NCBI GenBank assembly: GCA_963778655.1
Contig: CAVZVA010000010.1
Location: forward strand, 1,600,001-1,664,000
DNA from: an uncultured delta proteobacterium
Lineage (GTDB): Bacteria > Myxococcota_A > Polyangia > Polyangiales > JAFGIB01
Direction of reading: 5' to 3'
Length of the DNA: 64,000 bases
Shown: positions 30,656 through 44,100 of the stretch, piece by piece
Layout: every line of letters starts with the position of its first letter
Numbering within the stretch: position 1 is the stretch's first letter
Translations under genes and position numbers: made by a program
The notes under the pieces: generated by a model
Databases searched by the model: none
The model's input: the letters and a program-made list of their open reading frames with translations, nothing else
What the model was told of the DNA's origin: nothing

Positions 30656-31477
30656 ATGGACACGATGGCGCAAAGCACGGCACAGGCAGATACGGTGGGC
30701 GCGGTTCTATTTTCCGCGCAGCAGCTCGCACAGGCACGCGGGCGGCTTGCCGATCGCGGGATCGATCCAGAGTCGGTGCTCGGTCAAAGCGAGCTCGGCG
30801 GCGAGATCACGGTGGCCGGCTTCTACCTGATGCTGGAGAGGATCGCCGCGACCGAGAAGGCCGGACAGAGCCCCACCTTCGCGATGGCCCGCCTGGCGGC
30901 GCTCTCCGGCTTGCCGAGTGAGCTCGCCGACTCGCTCTTCCTCGCCTATAACCAGCAGTCGGCCGAGGAAGCGGGCCACGGCGACAAGGTGTTCGGCAAC
31001 GCCTTCTACGCCATGGGCGGCTTCGCCCCGGCCAGCACGCAGAGTGCGGTCGGCAACGGCGCGGGCGCCGCGTTTCCGCCGCCGAGCGACGACAAGAAGC
31101 AGAACAAGAAGCGCCTGGGCGGCATGGCCGCGTTTCTGGGCGGGATCGAGACCGTGGCGTTGAGCCGTGTGTTCCCGCTGGTGGGCTCGCTGTGCGAGCG
31201 CTGGGGCCACCCGATCGGCCAGGACCTGTTGCTGCAGATCCGCGACGTGGTGCGTCCCGAGGAGTCGCGCCACGTGTTGATCTGGCGCTACGTGTTCCAT
31301 CACTTGATCGCGCCCAAGGGCGAGGCGGTGGTCGACATGTACCTGCAGGCCACCAACGCCGGACGCCGTCAGCTGGCCGCGCCCGAGCTCGACCGCGAGG
31401 CGCTGTCGCGTCTGCTCGGCAGCAGCGCGCCCAGCACCCGGCAGCTGTTGGGCAAGGAGCGCGTGGTCTTCGCCTGA
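30656..31477 (+). CDS. Ferritin-like (diiron carboxylate) protein
   Basis: Ligand pattern E(GGEITV)...EEAGH...E(GIETV)...EESRH. Confidence 0.75.
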   Translation: MDTMAQSTAQADTVGAVLFSAQQLAQARGRLADRGIDPESVLGQSELGGEITVAGFYLMLERIAATEKAGQSPTFAMARLAALSGLPSELADSLFLAYNQQSAEEAGHGDKVFGNAFYAMGGFAPASTQSAVGNGAGAAFPPPSDDKKQNKKRLGGMAAFLGGIETVALSRVFPLVGSLCERWGHPIGQDLLLQIRDVVRPEESRHVLIWRYVFHHLIAPKGEAVVDMYLQATNAGRRQLAAPELDREALSRLLGSSAPSTRQLLGKERVVFA

Positions 31478-31511
31478 CGCCCGCGCCCGGCGCCGGCCCA
31501 GCTCCGTGGGT

Positions 31512-32177
31512 TCAGCCGCTCCCGGGCATGCAGGCGCACACGCTGGGCGAGCTGTTCCAGATCATGCCTTGCGCGCAGCTTGCGGCCTTGTCGCACTGGC
31601 AGATGCCCGAACAGTCGGCGCCGCCCATCTTGGGGTCGCAACTGTCGCTCGGATCGTCGACGCAGCTGCCCATCCCAGCGCATTGCAGGTTCGCGAACCC
31701 GCCGCAGCTCGGCGGGGCCGGCGTGTCATCGACGCACTGCGGCTGCGGGGGACAGGGGTCCTTCAGGCAGAACACCTGGACCAGCTCGCAGTGCTTGCCA
31801 CGCACACACGCCAGATTGCACACGCCGGCCGGGGTCGTGCCCGCGTCGCCCGAGCCGCCTCCGCCGTCGCTGGCCATTGTGGTTCCGGCGTCGTGGGTTG
31901 CGCCGCTGCCGCCGGCGCCGCCACTGCCGCTGCCGGCCCCGCCGCTGCCCGCGCTGCCGGCGTCGCCCGCTGCGCCGGCAGCGGCCACGCTGCCCCCTGC
32001 GTCCGCGCCGCCGTTGCTGCTCGCGCCGCCTGCGCCCGCGCTGCCCGCGTCCGCGCTGTCTTTGTGACTCGGCCCGCCGTCACCGCCGCTGCCGGCCGTC
32101 GCCGTGTTCTTGCTCGCGCAGCCGAGCGCGCCCACCAACAGCGCCGCCGCGCCCACCGCCCATGAAGATGCTCGCAT
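31512..32177 (-). CDS. Cys-rich lipoprotein
   Basis: Lipobox GALGC, Gly-rich linker, CGGFANLQC...CVDDPSDSCDPKMGGADCSGIC. Confidence 0.75.
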   Translation of the reverse strand: MRASSWAVGAAALLVGALGCASKNTATAGSGGDGGPSHKDSADAGSAGAGGASSNGGADAGGSVAAAGAAGDAGSAGSGGAGSGSGGAGGSGATHDAGTTMASDGGGGSGDAGTTPAGVCNLACVRGKHCELVQVFCLKDPCPPQPQCVDDTPAPPSCGGFANLQCAGMGSCVDDPSDSCDPKMGGADCSGICQCDKAASCAQGMIWNSSPSVCACMPGSG

Positions 32178-32461
32178 CGTCCCTGCTCCCCTGGTTGGAC
32201 AGCATAGCCTGGTGAGGGCGGCCGGGCCGCTGCGCTGGCGGCGACCGCGCCGGTGCACTGTCGCGGTGCGACGACATGTTGGCGCGGTCGAGCAGTGCGC
32301 GGGCTCGCGATTCGCCTAGCTTCAGACCTGGGTTGCGGAGGTGTCTTTGGCTGGTCGCCGTCTCGAGAGCATCTCGAGAGCTGCGCTGCGCGTAGCTGCG
32401 CTGCGCGTCGCGCGGGCGCAGCGCCGAGGCCTCGTGCCGATTGTCGCGGATGTCTTGGAAC

Positions 32462-33661
32462 ATGTTGAGATCATTGGAGATCGTGGCGACTTCCGGAGCG
32501 GCGTTCGTGCTCGCTCTGGGCTGTAGCAAGGCGCCTGCGAAGCAGGGCGCTGCGCCCTCTGGCAGTGGCGGCACAGGCGGGCTTGCGAGCGGCGGGAGCT
32601 CGGGTGGATCCGGCGGCGGGGGCGGGCAAGGGCCTGGCACCGGCGGCGTCGGGATGGGGACTGGGGGCGCCGGGGCGGTCGTGCCCGTCGGGGGCGGCGG
32701 CAGCTCCGGCGGCAGCGCCGTCGGGGGCGGCGGCGCAATCGCCGGCGCGGCCGGGTCGGGCAGCGGCGGCGAGGGTGCAGGCGCCGGGGGCGGGGGCGAA
32801 GGCGGCAGCGGCGCCGCTGCCTGCAGCGGCAAGCCGGGCATGCTGCGCGGTAAGACCGATCAGATGGTGATGGCCGGGGGCGCGGCGCGCACCTTCGTGT
32901 TGTACGAGCCGAGCACGCTCGATCCGAACAAGCCGGCGCCGCTGGTGGTGGTGCCGCACGGCTTCACGATGACCGGCCAGGACATGTTCGATATCACGGG
33001 CTACGACAAGATCGCCGACCGCGAAGGCATCGTCACCGCCTATCCCGATGGCGAGGGCGCGACGCCGTGGAACGTGGGCGACGGCATCTGCGGGCTTGGC
33101 GCATTCGTCGCCGCGACCGGCGACGATCAGGCCTTCATGAACGAGCTGATCAAGCTTATCGAAGCCGATCAGTGCCTCGATCATGACCACATCTTCATGT
33201 CCGGGTTCTCGATGGGCGGGTACTTCTCCAACGAGACCGGCTGCGTGAACCCGAGCTTTCGCGCAGTGGGCCCGCACTCGGGCGGCACCCACGACCTCAG
33301 CGCGTGTGCCAACAAACACGAGCCGGTGATCATCTTCCACTTCAAGAGCGACTCGCTGATCGACTACATGTGCGGCACGGACGCGCGCGACAAGTGGGTC
33401 GCGCACAACGGATGCGATCCGAGCGCGCCCGACGTGACCATGGTCAGGGGCGGCAGCTGCGAGTACTACAAGGGCTGCCCCGCGGACGGTCAGGTGGCGC
33501 TGTGCTCCTTCGACGAGCCGGCCGGCGGCGGCGGGGAAACGATCACGGGCCACGCCTGGTCCGGCGGCGCGCAGAGCGGCTCCGGCGCAGGCTTCGCCAT
33601 CCCGCAGACCGAGAGCGCCACCGAGCTCGGCTGGGCGTTCTTCAAGAAGTACGCCTGGTGA
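32462..33661 (+). CDS. LpqC/PHB-depolymerase-like alpha/beta hydrolase lipoprotein
   Basis: Lipobox LALGC; PLVVVPHG, IADREGIVTAYPDG, GFSMGG nucleophile elbow, GHAWSGG. Confidence 0.85.
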   Translation: MLRSLEIVATSGAAFVLALGCSKAPAKQGAAPSGSGGTGGLASGGSSGGSGGGGGQGPGTGGVGMGTGGAGAVVPVGGGGSSGGSAVGGGGAIAGAAGSGSGGEGAGAGGGGEGGSGAAACSGKPGMLRGKTDQMVMAGGAARTFVLYEPSTLDPNKPAPLVVVPHGFTMTGQDMFDITGYDKIADREGIVTAYPDGEGATPWNVGDGICGLGAFVAATGDDQAFMNELIKLIEADQCLDHDHIFMSGFSMGGYFSNETGCVNPSFRAVGPHSGGTHDLSACANKHEPVIIFHFKSDSLIDYMCGTDARDKWVAHNGCDPSAPDVTMVRGGSCEYYKGCPADGQVALCSFDEPAGGGGETITGHAWSGGAQSGSGAGFAIPQTESATELGWAFFKKYAW

Positions 33662-33743
33662 GGCGAGACGCGGTTCGCAACCAGTACCTACGGCGCGATC
33701 GCGCGTGCGCCGGGCCAGCGGGCGCGTGCTAAAGTCCCCCGCC

Positions 33744-34754
33744 GTGGGTGCATCCGAGGCCGCTTCCCAGCCGTGCTACGCCGTGCGCTTGGTGCAGCCT
33801 TTCTTGCGCGTGCTGCGTGCCGCGCCGGGCTTTCCGATCGAGGTGCTGGCGCCGCTCGAGGCGCTCGATCCCGACGAGCGGCTGCCGATCGCCACCATGC
33901 ACGAGCTGCTGCAGGGGGCGCTGGCGCTGACCGGGGATCCCGATCTGGGGCTGAAGGCGGCGCGCGAGATCTCGCCCGGCGACTACGGCGCGCTCGAGTA
34001 CGCGGCCTCGTCGGCGGCCACTTGGGGCGAGGCGATCAACGTGAGCGCACGCTATCTGCGCCTGGTCAACGACGCGCTGGACTTCTCGCTGCGGGTCGAG
34101 GGTGGCAAGGCGTTCATCCAGCTCGACAGCCGCGTGGTGCTGCCCAGGGCTGCGGCCGACTTCCAGTCGGGGGCATTCCACGTCAGCTCGCTGCGGCTGC
34201 GGCCGCCCGGCTTCGACCCGGCCTACGAGGTGTGGTTCACCCATCCGCTCCCGCCCAGCACCGAGCAGTACCAGCTCACTTTCGTCGGCGGCAAGCTGCG
34301 CTTCGACGCGCCGTTCAACGGCTTTGCTTTCGACAAGGAGCACCTCGAGATCCCGCTCGGCACCGCCGACCCCAAGTTGCACGCGCTGATCCGCAAGCAT
34401 GCCGAGCGCCTGCTCGCGGAGTTGCCCAGGGCCGAGAGTGTGACCGAGAAGGTGCGCGACCTGATCGCCAAGGAGCTCGAGGGCGGCAATCCGAACGTGG
34501 CCAACATCGCGCGCCAGCTCCACATCAGCCCGCGCACGCTGGGCCGCAAGCTCGAGCACGAGGGCACCAACTTCAAGGAGCTGCTCGACGACCTGCGGCG
34601 CAGATTGGCCCTGAGCTACGTGGGCGGGCACGATCTGGGGCTGGCCGAGATCGCGTTCCTGCTCGGTTTCTCCCAATCGGCTGCGTTCCACCGCGCCTTC
34701 AAGCGCTGGACCTCGGTGACGCCGCTGGAATACCGTCGCGCCCGCCGCGGGTAG
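33744..34754 (+). CDS. AraC family transcriptional regulator
   Basis: N-terminal GDPDLGL..YGALEYA domain; C-terminal [10 protein letters not shown]...[22 protein letters not shown]. Start uncertain. Confidence 0.93.
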   Translation: MGASEAASQPCYAVRLVQPFLRVLRAAPGFPIEVLAPLEALDPDERLPIATMHELLQGALALTGDPDLGLKAAREISPGDYGALEYAASSAATWGEAINVSARYLRLVNDALDFSLRVEGGKAFIQLDSRVVLPRAAADFQSGAFHVSSLRLRPPGFDPAYEVWFTHPLPPSTEQYQLTFVGGKLRFDAPFNGFAFDKEHLEIPLGTADPKLHALIRKHAERLLAELPRAESVTEKVRDLIAKELEGGNPNVANIARQLHISPRTLGRKLEHEGTNFKELLDDLRRRLALSYVGGHDLGLAEIAFLLGFSQSAAFHRAFKRWTSVTPLEYRRARRG

Positions 34755-34842
34755 CTTCCGCTCAGAAGCGTCCAGGAGCGGCTTACCTCCTCGGTCCGGT
34801 CCTGCGGGGGCGCTCGCTCCTGAAGGCTTCTGCGCGGAAGCT
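34753..34842. repeat. 28-bp imperfect inverted repeat (REP-like or terminator hairpin)
   Basis: 34753-34780 vs 34815-34842 match at 25 of 28; a partial direct copy CAGAAGCGTCCA sits at 34853. Confidence 0.75.
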
Positions 34843-34950
34843 CGCTGCTCGCCAGAAGCGTCCAAGGGCGGTCTGCTCGCCATGGGTGCGGTGCGGCTCT
34901 CGATGTATACTGCGCGGCGCGCGCACGGTCGCGCCGAAAGGGAGGACGAG

Positions 34951-37009
<2,059 letters not shown>

Positions 37010-37013
37010 GCGG

Positions 37014-37331
37014 GTGGCGGGCTGGCTGTCGCGGTTGCGCGGCGCGCGCACGCCGCGGGTGCGAGTGCGGGTGGTGATCAAGGGACGCATCGGCGAAGGG
37101 TGGCAGGACGTGGACCGGGTGCTCACGCTGCAGCCGGGGACTACGCTCGCGACGCTGTTCGAGCACGCGGCGCGCGAGGGCATTCCGCTGCGCGACGCGG
37201 TCGACCACAGCCCACACCTGCGCCACACCCTGATGTGGAACGGCGAGCGCTGCCCGGTCGACGAGCACCTGCAGCGCGCCCTGCAGGACGGCGACGAGCT
37301 GTACTTGCTGGCACCGCTCGCCGGTGGCTGA
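37014..37331 (+). CDS. MoaD/ThiS family sulfur carrier
   Basis: LMWNGER...[16 protein letters not shown] ending in Gly-Gly; directly after the AOR gene. Confidence 0.9.
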   Translation: MAGWLSRLRGARTPRVRVRVVIKGRIGEGWQDVDRVLTLQPGTTLATLFEHAAREGIPLRDAVDHSPHLRHTLMWNGERCPVDEHLQRALQDGDELYLLAPLAGG

Positions 37332-37387
37332 GGCGTCGCGGAGGCACCCGCGCGAGGCTACGGCGCGCGGCACGGCGGCAAATCGCC

Positions 37388-40300
37388 CTACTTCAGCTTC
37401 ACCAGCAGCTCCTTGGCCTCGGTCGCGTCGACCATGCGGCAGAAGCTGGTGAACGCGCCGTAGTCCTTGACGGCGACGCGCAGCACCGGTAGCTCCAGCG
37501 TGCGCTCGATCACCAGCGCGTCCTTTTCGAAGCGGCTGCTCTGGGTGAAGCGCGGCCGGCCGGGAATCGCGGCCTGCAGCGTCACTGCCTCGGGCGCGGT
37601 GGGGCGCGTCGCGGACTTCGGCAGGTGGATGCGCAGCACCACCTGCAGCTCGAGCGGATTGGGCACCAGCTCATCGGTGGTGCGTTGCGCGAGCTGAGCG
37701 TAGCTCTGCGACAGGTGGGTAGCGAGCATCGCTGGCAGCGCCCAGCTCTCGCCCAGCTTGCGCCCGAGCGCGCCCAGCGCGAAGCCGTACTCGAGCTTGA
37801 CCGCCTCGGCCTCCTGCTCGCGGCCGCTGATGCGCAGCGAGGTCAGGTGCGCGCCGGGCAAGAGGCGCGCGACGTACTCCTCGCCGAAGCGCCGGTTGAG
37901 CTCGGCGGCCGGCACGCTCTCCAGCTGGCTGCGCCAGGAGACCGCGCCCACCCCGCGCAGTGTCTCGACCGCGCTGACCTTCGCGCTGCCGTCCTGCGCC
38001 ACCGAGATGTCGAGCTCGACCCGGCGCAGATCCTCGCCCGGCGCGCCGGCGGGCACGTTGACCCGTTCCGCGCTCGGGGTGAGCAGCAGCGCGGGCTGGC
38101 CTCGCAGCAGCGGCGGAACGTAGCCGAAGGGCGCGTAGCGCTCGACCGTATAGAGCCATACCGGGGCATGCGGCCCCGCGAAGGTTACCAGCAGGTGCTC
38201 GTAGGTGTCCCCGTCGGCCATCTCCGAGGGCGTGGTGTCGGAGCTTGCGCTGCGCACCAACGCGAGCTTGGCCGGCACGCCCGCGAGCTTGAGCATGTAC
38301 GCGAGCACGCGCGCGCGGTTGCCGCTGCGCGCGCGCAGCATCACCGCCGCCTGCGAGAACATGTCCTGGTTGTTCTCCACGTGCGCCAGCACCCAGGCGT
38401 ACAGGCGCTGCGCCCGGCGCAGATAGTCGCCCGGATCGGCGTCGCCCACGATCTGCTGCACCAGCGCGACGATCTCCGCGTCGTAGACGTCGCGGTCGGC
38501 CAGGGCGTCGCGAATGCTCTCCACGAACATCGGCCAGCTCGCGCGCGCTGCGAGCCGCACCGAGGGCAGGTACTCGCGCACCGAGACCGCCCCCGGCTCG
38601 GGCTTGAGCGGCAGGCTCTGGTCGACGTGGAAGTCGAGCACGCGCAGGTCGCCTTCGATCCGCTCCTCTGCGCGCGGGGCCGGGCCGCGCGGGTCGACCT
38701 GCAGCTGCATGTCCTTGGGCGCGACCACAATCATCTGGCTGTGGTCGAAGGGAATCTCGAAGCTCTTGAAGTAGAAGCGGTCGCCGGCGTAGCCGCCGGG
38801 AAAGGCGTCGGAGGGGTCCTTGTAGTCGATGTACTCGAATTCGACGTAGTCGCCCGGCGTCACGGTGGGCAGCGAGATCTCGTCCTTGCCCTCGATTTCG
38901 TCGGGCTCGAGACGCCGGCCGTCGGGCTTGATCGTCTGCAGCTTGAGCACGCGCGCGCCTTCGGGCACGCGCACCTCTGCCAGATCGTTGACCGCCTCGT
39001 CGCTCTGCGCCTTTTGGATGCTGTGCACCAGCTCCGCCGAGGAGCCGTCCTCGAACACCCGCACCGCCATGTAGTCGAACACCAGCACCTGCGGCGCGTC
39101 ATACTTGCGGCCCGAGGCCTCGAAGCGCTTGATCACCTCGGCGCCGTCGACGCGGTAGCCGTCCAGCACGTGCTTGCCGCCGAACACCGGCGCCAACCGG
39201 TTGAGCTCGGTCATCGAGGCGCGCTGGCTCTTGAGCGCGCTCTGCAGGGCCGCCAGCGCGCCCGCGTCATCACCGCGCGAGCCGAGCAGATCGACCTGCT
39301 CGAGCGCGCCGCGCGACGAGCGCGGATAGAGCTTGCGCAGCTGCTCGATCTGCTGCTCGACCGCGTGCTGGTCGCCGCGGTTCTTGGCCAGCTCCAGGCG
39401 CGCGAGGATCCACGGATAACGGTTCTGCGGCGGCTCCAGCGCGGCCAGCCGTTCGAGCTCGGTCTGGGCTGCGTCCCAGCGCCGCTCGCGCAGCAGCAGC
39501 CCGTAGCGCGCATTGGCCCGCGCCTCGCAACGCTCCAGTGCCTCGGCGACCTTGGCCGCCTGCTCCTCGCGCCGGCGGTTGCGCAACGCGTCGAGCTCCG
39601 CGGAGAGCGGCCCGCACGCGTCGGGCACGAGCTTGCGCAGCTTGGCGATGACCGCGTCCGCCTCCGCGTCCCAGCGCTCGCCGCGCAGCAGCTGCGCGAG
39701 GGCCAGGCCGATCGCCGGCACTTCCGGAAAGCGGCTCATCTGCTCACGCAGCGATTCGATCGCCTCCTTGGTGCGGCCGTTGCCCGCCATCATGTTGGCG
39801 AGCTGCGCGCCGGGGTGCCACAGGAAGGCGTCGCGCTTCTGCGCCGCGGCCAGCACCCTGCGCGCATCGTCCTCGCGATTGTCGCTGGGCAGCAGGGAGT
39901 CGCTCAGCAGCATGCTGGCGCGCAGCAGCAGCAGCAGCGGCGCTGCGTGGCTGGTGGCGTCGACCCCGTCGAGGATCTGGCGTTCGGCCAGCAGATCGCC
40001 GCGAACCGCGGCCACCGCGGCCCGCGCGTATACCGCGAAGCCCTCCTGCGACTGCGGCCCGAACGGCAGCGCGAACGCGTGCGCGTCGTCGGGGCGGGCG
40101 GGCGCGAGCGCGAGCGCGAGCGCCGGGTTGGGGTGGCGCGTGGTGAGCTTGATCGTGATCTCGTGGCGGCCCGCACCCAGCTTGAGCGGCAGGAAGATCA
40201 CATCGGGCGCCATCTCCTGGCGTCGATCGACCCGCAGCACGGAACGACCGTCGATGAACAGCTCGGTCGCGTTCGGCGATTCGAAGCGCAGCGAATAGGC

Positions 40301-41108
40301 GCCGGCCCGCGCCAGCTCGACATAGGCCTGCGCGTAGCTGGTGCCGCCGGCCGCCAGCGGCCCGCCGCCGAGGTTGACCGAGCAGCCGCGCGCGCCGAGC
40401 TCGCGCGTAGGCTGAACGCCGCGCCCCGGGCCCAGGTCGTAGCTGTCCGCGAGCGGCCGGCCCGGACCGGCGGCCTGCTCGACGTCGAAGCTGAGCAGCT
40501 CGCGCGGTCCGAACGGTCCGATGCCGCGCAGGTGCGTCACGCAGCCCACGCCTTCGGCCAGGCGCTGCGCCGCTGCTGCGATCGCCGCGGTGGTAGGCCA
40601 GCTCGCTGAGCAGGGAGGCCACCGCGTAGCGCGGCGGCAGCGCGAGCTTCGGGTCGGCCAGCACGCGCTGCAGCGCCGGCTCGACCTTGGCCACGTAGCC
40701 AGGCACGCTGCCCTCGAGCCCGCCGATCGCGTGCGCAGCCAGCTCCGCCAGCTGCGGAGCGATCTCGTCGCGGGAGTGTTGGCTGAGCGCGAGCGCGTGT
40801 AGATACGCGTCGAGCGCGGAGGCCGGGTGGCCGTGCGCGTCGTTGTACAAGCCCGTGGCCAGCCACAGCCGCGCGCTGCTCGGGTCGCTCTTGAGCGCGC
40901 GTCCCAGCTGCTCGCCGGCGTTGGCCGGGTCGCCCCCGTAGGAGAACAGCTCCGCCAGCGCGAGACGGCGCTGCAGCGCGGCGTCCTGCGGCGAGGCGGC
41001 GGCGTCGGCGCGCAGCGTGGTGATGTTGACTGGGTGCGAGAGCCGCGCGCCGCAACCGAGCAGCAGCGCACACGCACCGAGGGTTGCGACAATTGCGCGC
41101 GTCTTCAT
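37388..41108 (-). CDS. TPR + DUF3857 + transglutaminase-like lipoprotein lacking the catalytic Cys; one frameshift near 40580
   Basis: N-terminus MKTRAIVATLGACALLLGC (ORF 39744..41108) joins ORF 37388..41092 at ...LAYHRGDR/AAAQRLAEG; PGDYVEFEY present; RSGNRARVL replaces GDCKD. Confidence 0.8.
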
Positions 41109-44100
41109 CGCCGTTGGTCCTTACGCATGCCGATGCGCTGCTTGAGCAGTTGGTCGGCGGCCTCCACCCAGCGCCGGAAGGCCGGATAGTCCTCGCGCGC
41201 GATGCGATCGCGCGTCACCTCGAGCTCGGTGCGCGCGCTGATCGTGCCGCCGTCTTGCGAGAACCCGAGCCGCAGGTGGCCGAAGGGCGAGCTCGCCTCG
41301 CCGCCCGGCGGCAGCGCGACGGCGTGCATCCCGGCAGGTACGCGTACGTTGCGCACCTCGATGTAGAGGCGGTTGCCCTCGAGATCGAGCGGGTGGACGC
41401 GCTCCGGAAGCGGCGCCATCTCCTGCACCAGGTCGTGCAGCACGCTCGGTTCCACGCGCAACTCGTCGCCGTCCCAGTGCGCCAGCTGCGGCACGGAGAT
41501 GCGATAGCCGAAGCGCACCGGCTGCTCCAGGCTGTCGAGCGAGTCGAAGTGCTGGCTCTCGAGCTTGAGGCCGGGGTAGAGGCCCGCCAGGTTGCGCTCG
41601 AAGCGCTCGGCTCGCGTACCGGGCGCCTGATAGTACTCGCGGTAGCCCGCGGCCTCGGCTCCGGCCACCACCTCCTGGCCGTCGATCTTGGCCGAGCCGT
41701 CGGCGGCGAGCTGCACCTGCAGCGTGCGGGTGCGCTTGTCGTTGCGGGCGGCGTCGAACACCGGCGTGGTGTGGAGCTCCGCGCCCTTGGGGCCCACCAG
41801 CAGCACCGTCACGCCCTGGTCCTGGACCGGCAGCTCGTCGGCGCCGCTGTGCTCGGCGGTGCCGTCCAGGAACAGGTCGAAGGCCGGCACGTAGGTGATG
41901 GCGTGATCGAAGATCGCCAGCGACGCCGGCTGATCGCTGATGGCACCGTTGTGCCGGGTACGCGTGAGCGCGATGCGCGCGTCGATGCCGGCCTCGCGCA
42001 GCATGGTGTACAGCAGCGAGGCCTTGTCCTTGCAGTCGCCGAAGCCGCGCTGGACGATCAGCGGGACGCGGTAGGGCATGAAGCCGTGGATGCCGAACTC
42101 GAGCCCCACGTAGCGTGTGTTCTGCACCACCCAGTCGTGGATGCGATCGACCTTCTCGCGATCGGTCTTGGCGTCGGCGCACAGCTTGTGCACCGTGCGC
42201 TTGAGCGATTCGTCGGCGTAGAGCTGGTCCTTGATCAGGCCCCAGTACCAGCGCCCCACGTCCTGCCAGCTCTTGTAGGTCGAGACGTGCAGATAGGCGG
42301 CGGTCTCGGTGATGCCGGGCATACCGCCCTCCGACACCACCGCCGGTACGTCGTTGGCCGCGAAGTAGTCGATGCGCCGGTTGCCCAGCACTTCCTGCTT
42401 GTGCGCCAGGCCGGGCAGCGGCGATTCGTTCATGTAGAACTGGCGCGAGGCCGGCGTGATCAGCACGTACTCCGAGCGCACCACCGGCGCTGCGCCCTGC
42501 CACACGTGCAGATCGCCGTAGTAGTCGGCAAACAGGTTGCGGTGCGCGATGTCGTCCACGCGATAGCGCACCTCGACCACGTCGCCCGGCTCGAGGTCCG
42601 GGAACACCACGATCAACGCGCGCGTGTCGTAGTAGATGCGGTACCAGGGCTCGCCCAGCTGCTCCTCGGCGGTGCGCACCGACTCGAGCACATGGCCGTC
42701 CTTGCGATACACGCGCGCCAGCCGCAGCTCCACCCGCTGGCTGTCCGGATCGTACTGGATCGGGAAGGTGCGGTACTGGCGCGCGCCCTCCTCGTCATGC
42801 ACCTCGACCGCGTGCTGGTGGAAGCTCGAGCCCAGGCCGTTGTCGAACACGGTATTGACCGTCAGATCCATCAGCACGGTGGTCGGATACCCCGGGGCTT
42901 TGCCCCGCGAGGCGAGGATCTTGTCCGACGCCATCGCGTAGGCCTCGTCGTCGCGCCGCTTGGGCTTGATCTGCTCGAGCAGCTCGCGGGTGGCGGCGTC
43001 CTGTGGCTTGAGCGCCAGCGCGCGCGTGAACGCCTGCGCCGCCAGGTCCGGTCGCTCCGCGCGCAGCAGCGCGCGCCCGTAGGCGACCAGGATCTCCGGC
43101 GCCTCGGGCACCAGGTCCATCGCGCGGCGATAAGTTGCGAGCACCAGGTCGTCTCGGCCCAGGCCGTCGTAGAGGCGTGCGATCGAGAGCAGCGTGTCCG
43201 CGGCGCCCGGGGCGAGCTTGGCCTGCACGTCGATCTGGTCGAGCACCTCGGCGGTGGCCCCGCGCTGCAGCGCGTCGGTGATCAGCACGTGGCGCGAGCT
43301 CGAGTCGTCGAAGCGCAGCGCGAGCAGGCGCTTGCGCGCAGCGATCGACCCGTCCTGAGCCCCAGTCGCATTGTCGAGGTCGGCCAGCTGGCGCAGCAGC
43401 CGCACGCTGTCACCGAGCTTGGCCAGCGCGTGCTCGATCGTGCTGCGTGCGGTCGCCGGCAGGTCGAGCTCGCTCAGCACCTGCGCTTTCAAGCTCTGGG
43501 CGGCTGGCCAGCTCTGATCGCCTTCGGGGATGCGCGCGATCAGCGGCAGCGCGTCCTCCGGCGTGGGGCCGGAGGCGCGCACTTTGGCTTGCAGCAGCAG
43601 CGATTCGGGCGCGTCCGGGAACAGCTCGGCGGCCTTCTGCGCGAAGCGCATCACCTCGGCGCGCTCCTCGGCCAGCTCGCTCGCCAGCCGCAGGTTCTCG
43701 AGCGTGGGCGCCAGCTCGGCCGCGTGCGCAGCGAGCTGCTTGGCGCGGCGCTCGGCCGGATCGTCGGAGCCGGTGTCGTGCAGGTAGCGCGCCAGCTGGG
43801 CCAGCGCCGCGGGGTCCTCGGGCGTGCGCTTGGCCGCCTGCTCGAACGCGGCCAGCGGCAGCAAGGGCGGCGCGGGCAGCTTCGTGCCTGGCTTGACCGG
43901 TGTGATGTCGAGCGCGTCGTCGCTCTTGGTCTCCACCCGCAGCGCCTTGGCCGGCGAGCCGTCCGCCTCGCCCAGACGCAGCGAGAAGCCCCAGGCCGAG
44001 CCGGTCACGCACACCTTGACCAGCACTCGGTTGGCGCCCTTGCGCGCGCCGACCGTGGCCACGCTGCGGTCGGCGCTGGGCAGGCGGTACGCGCTGTCGC

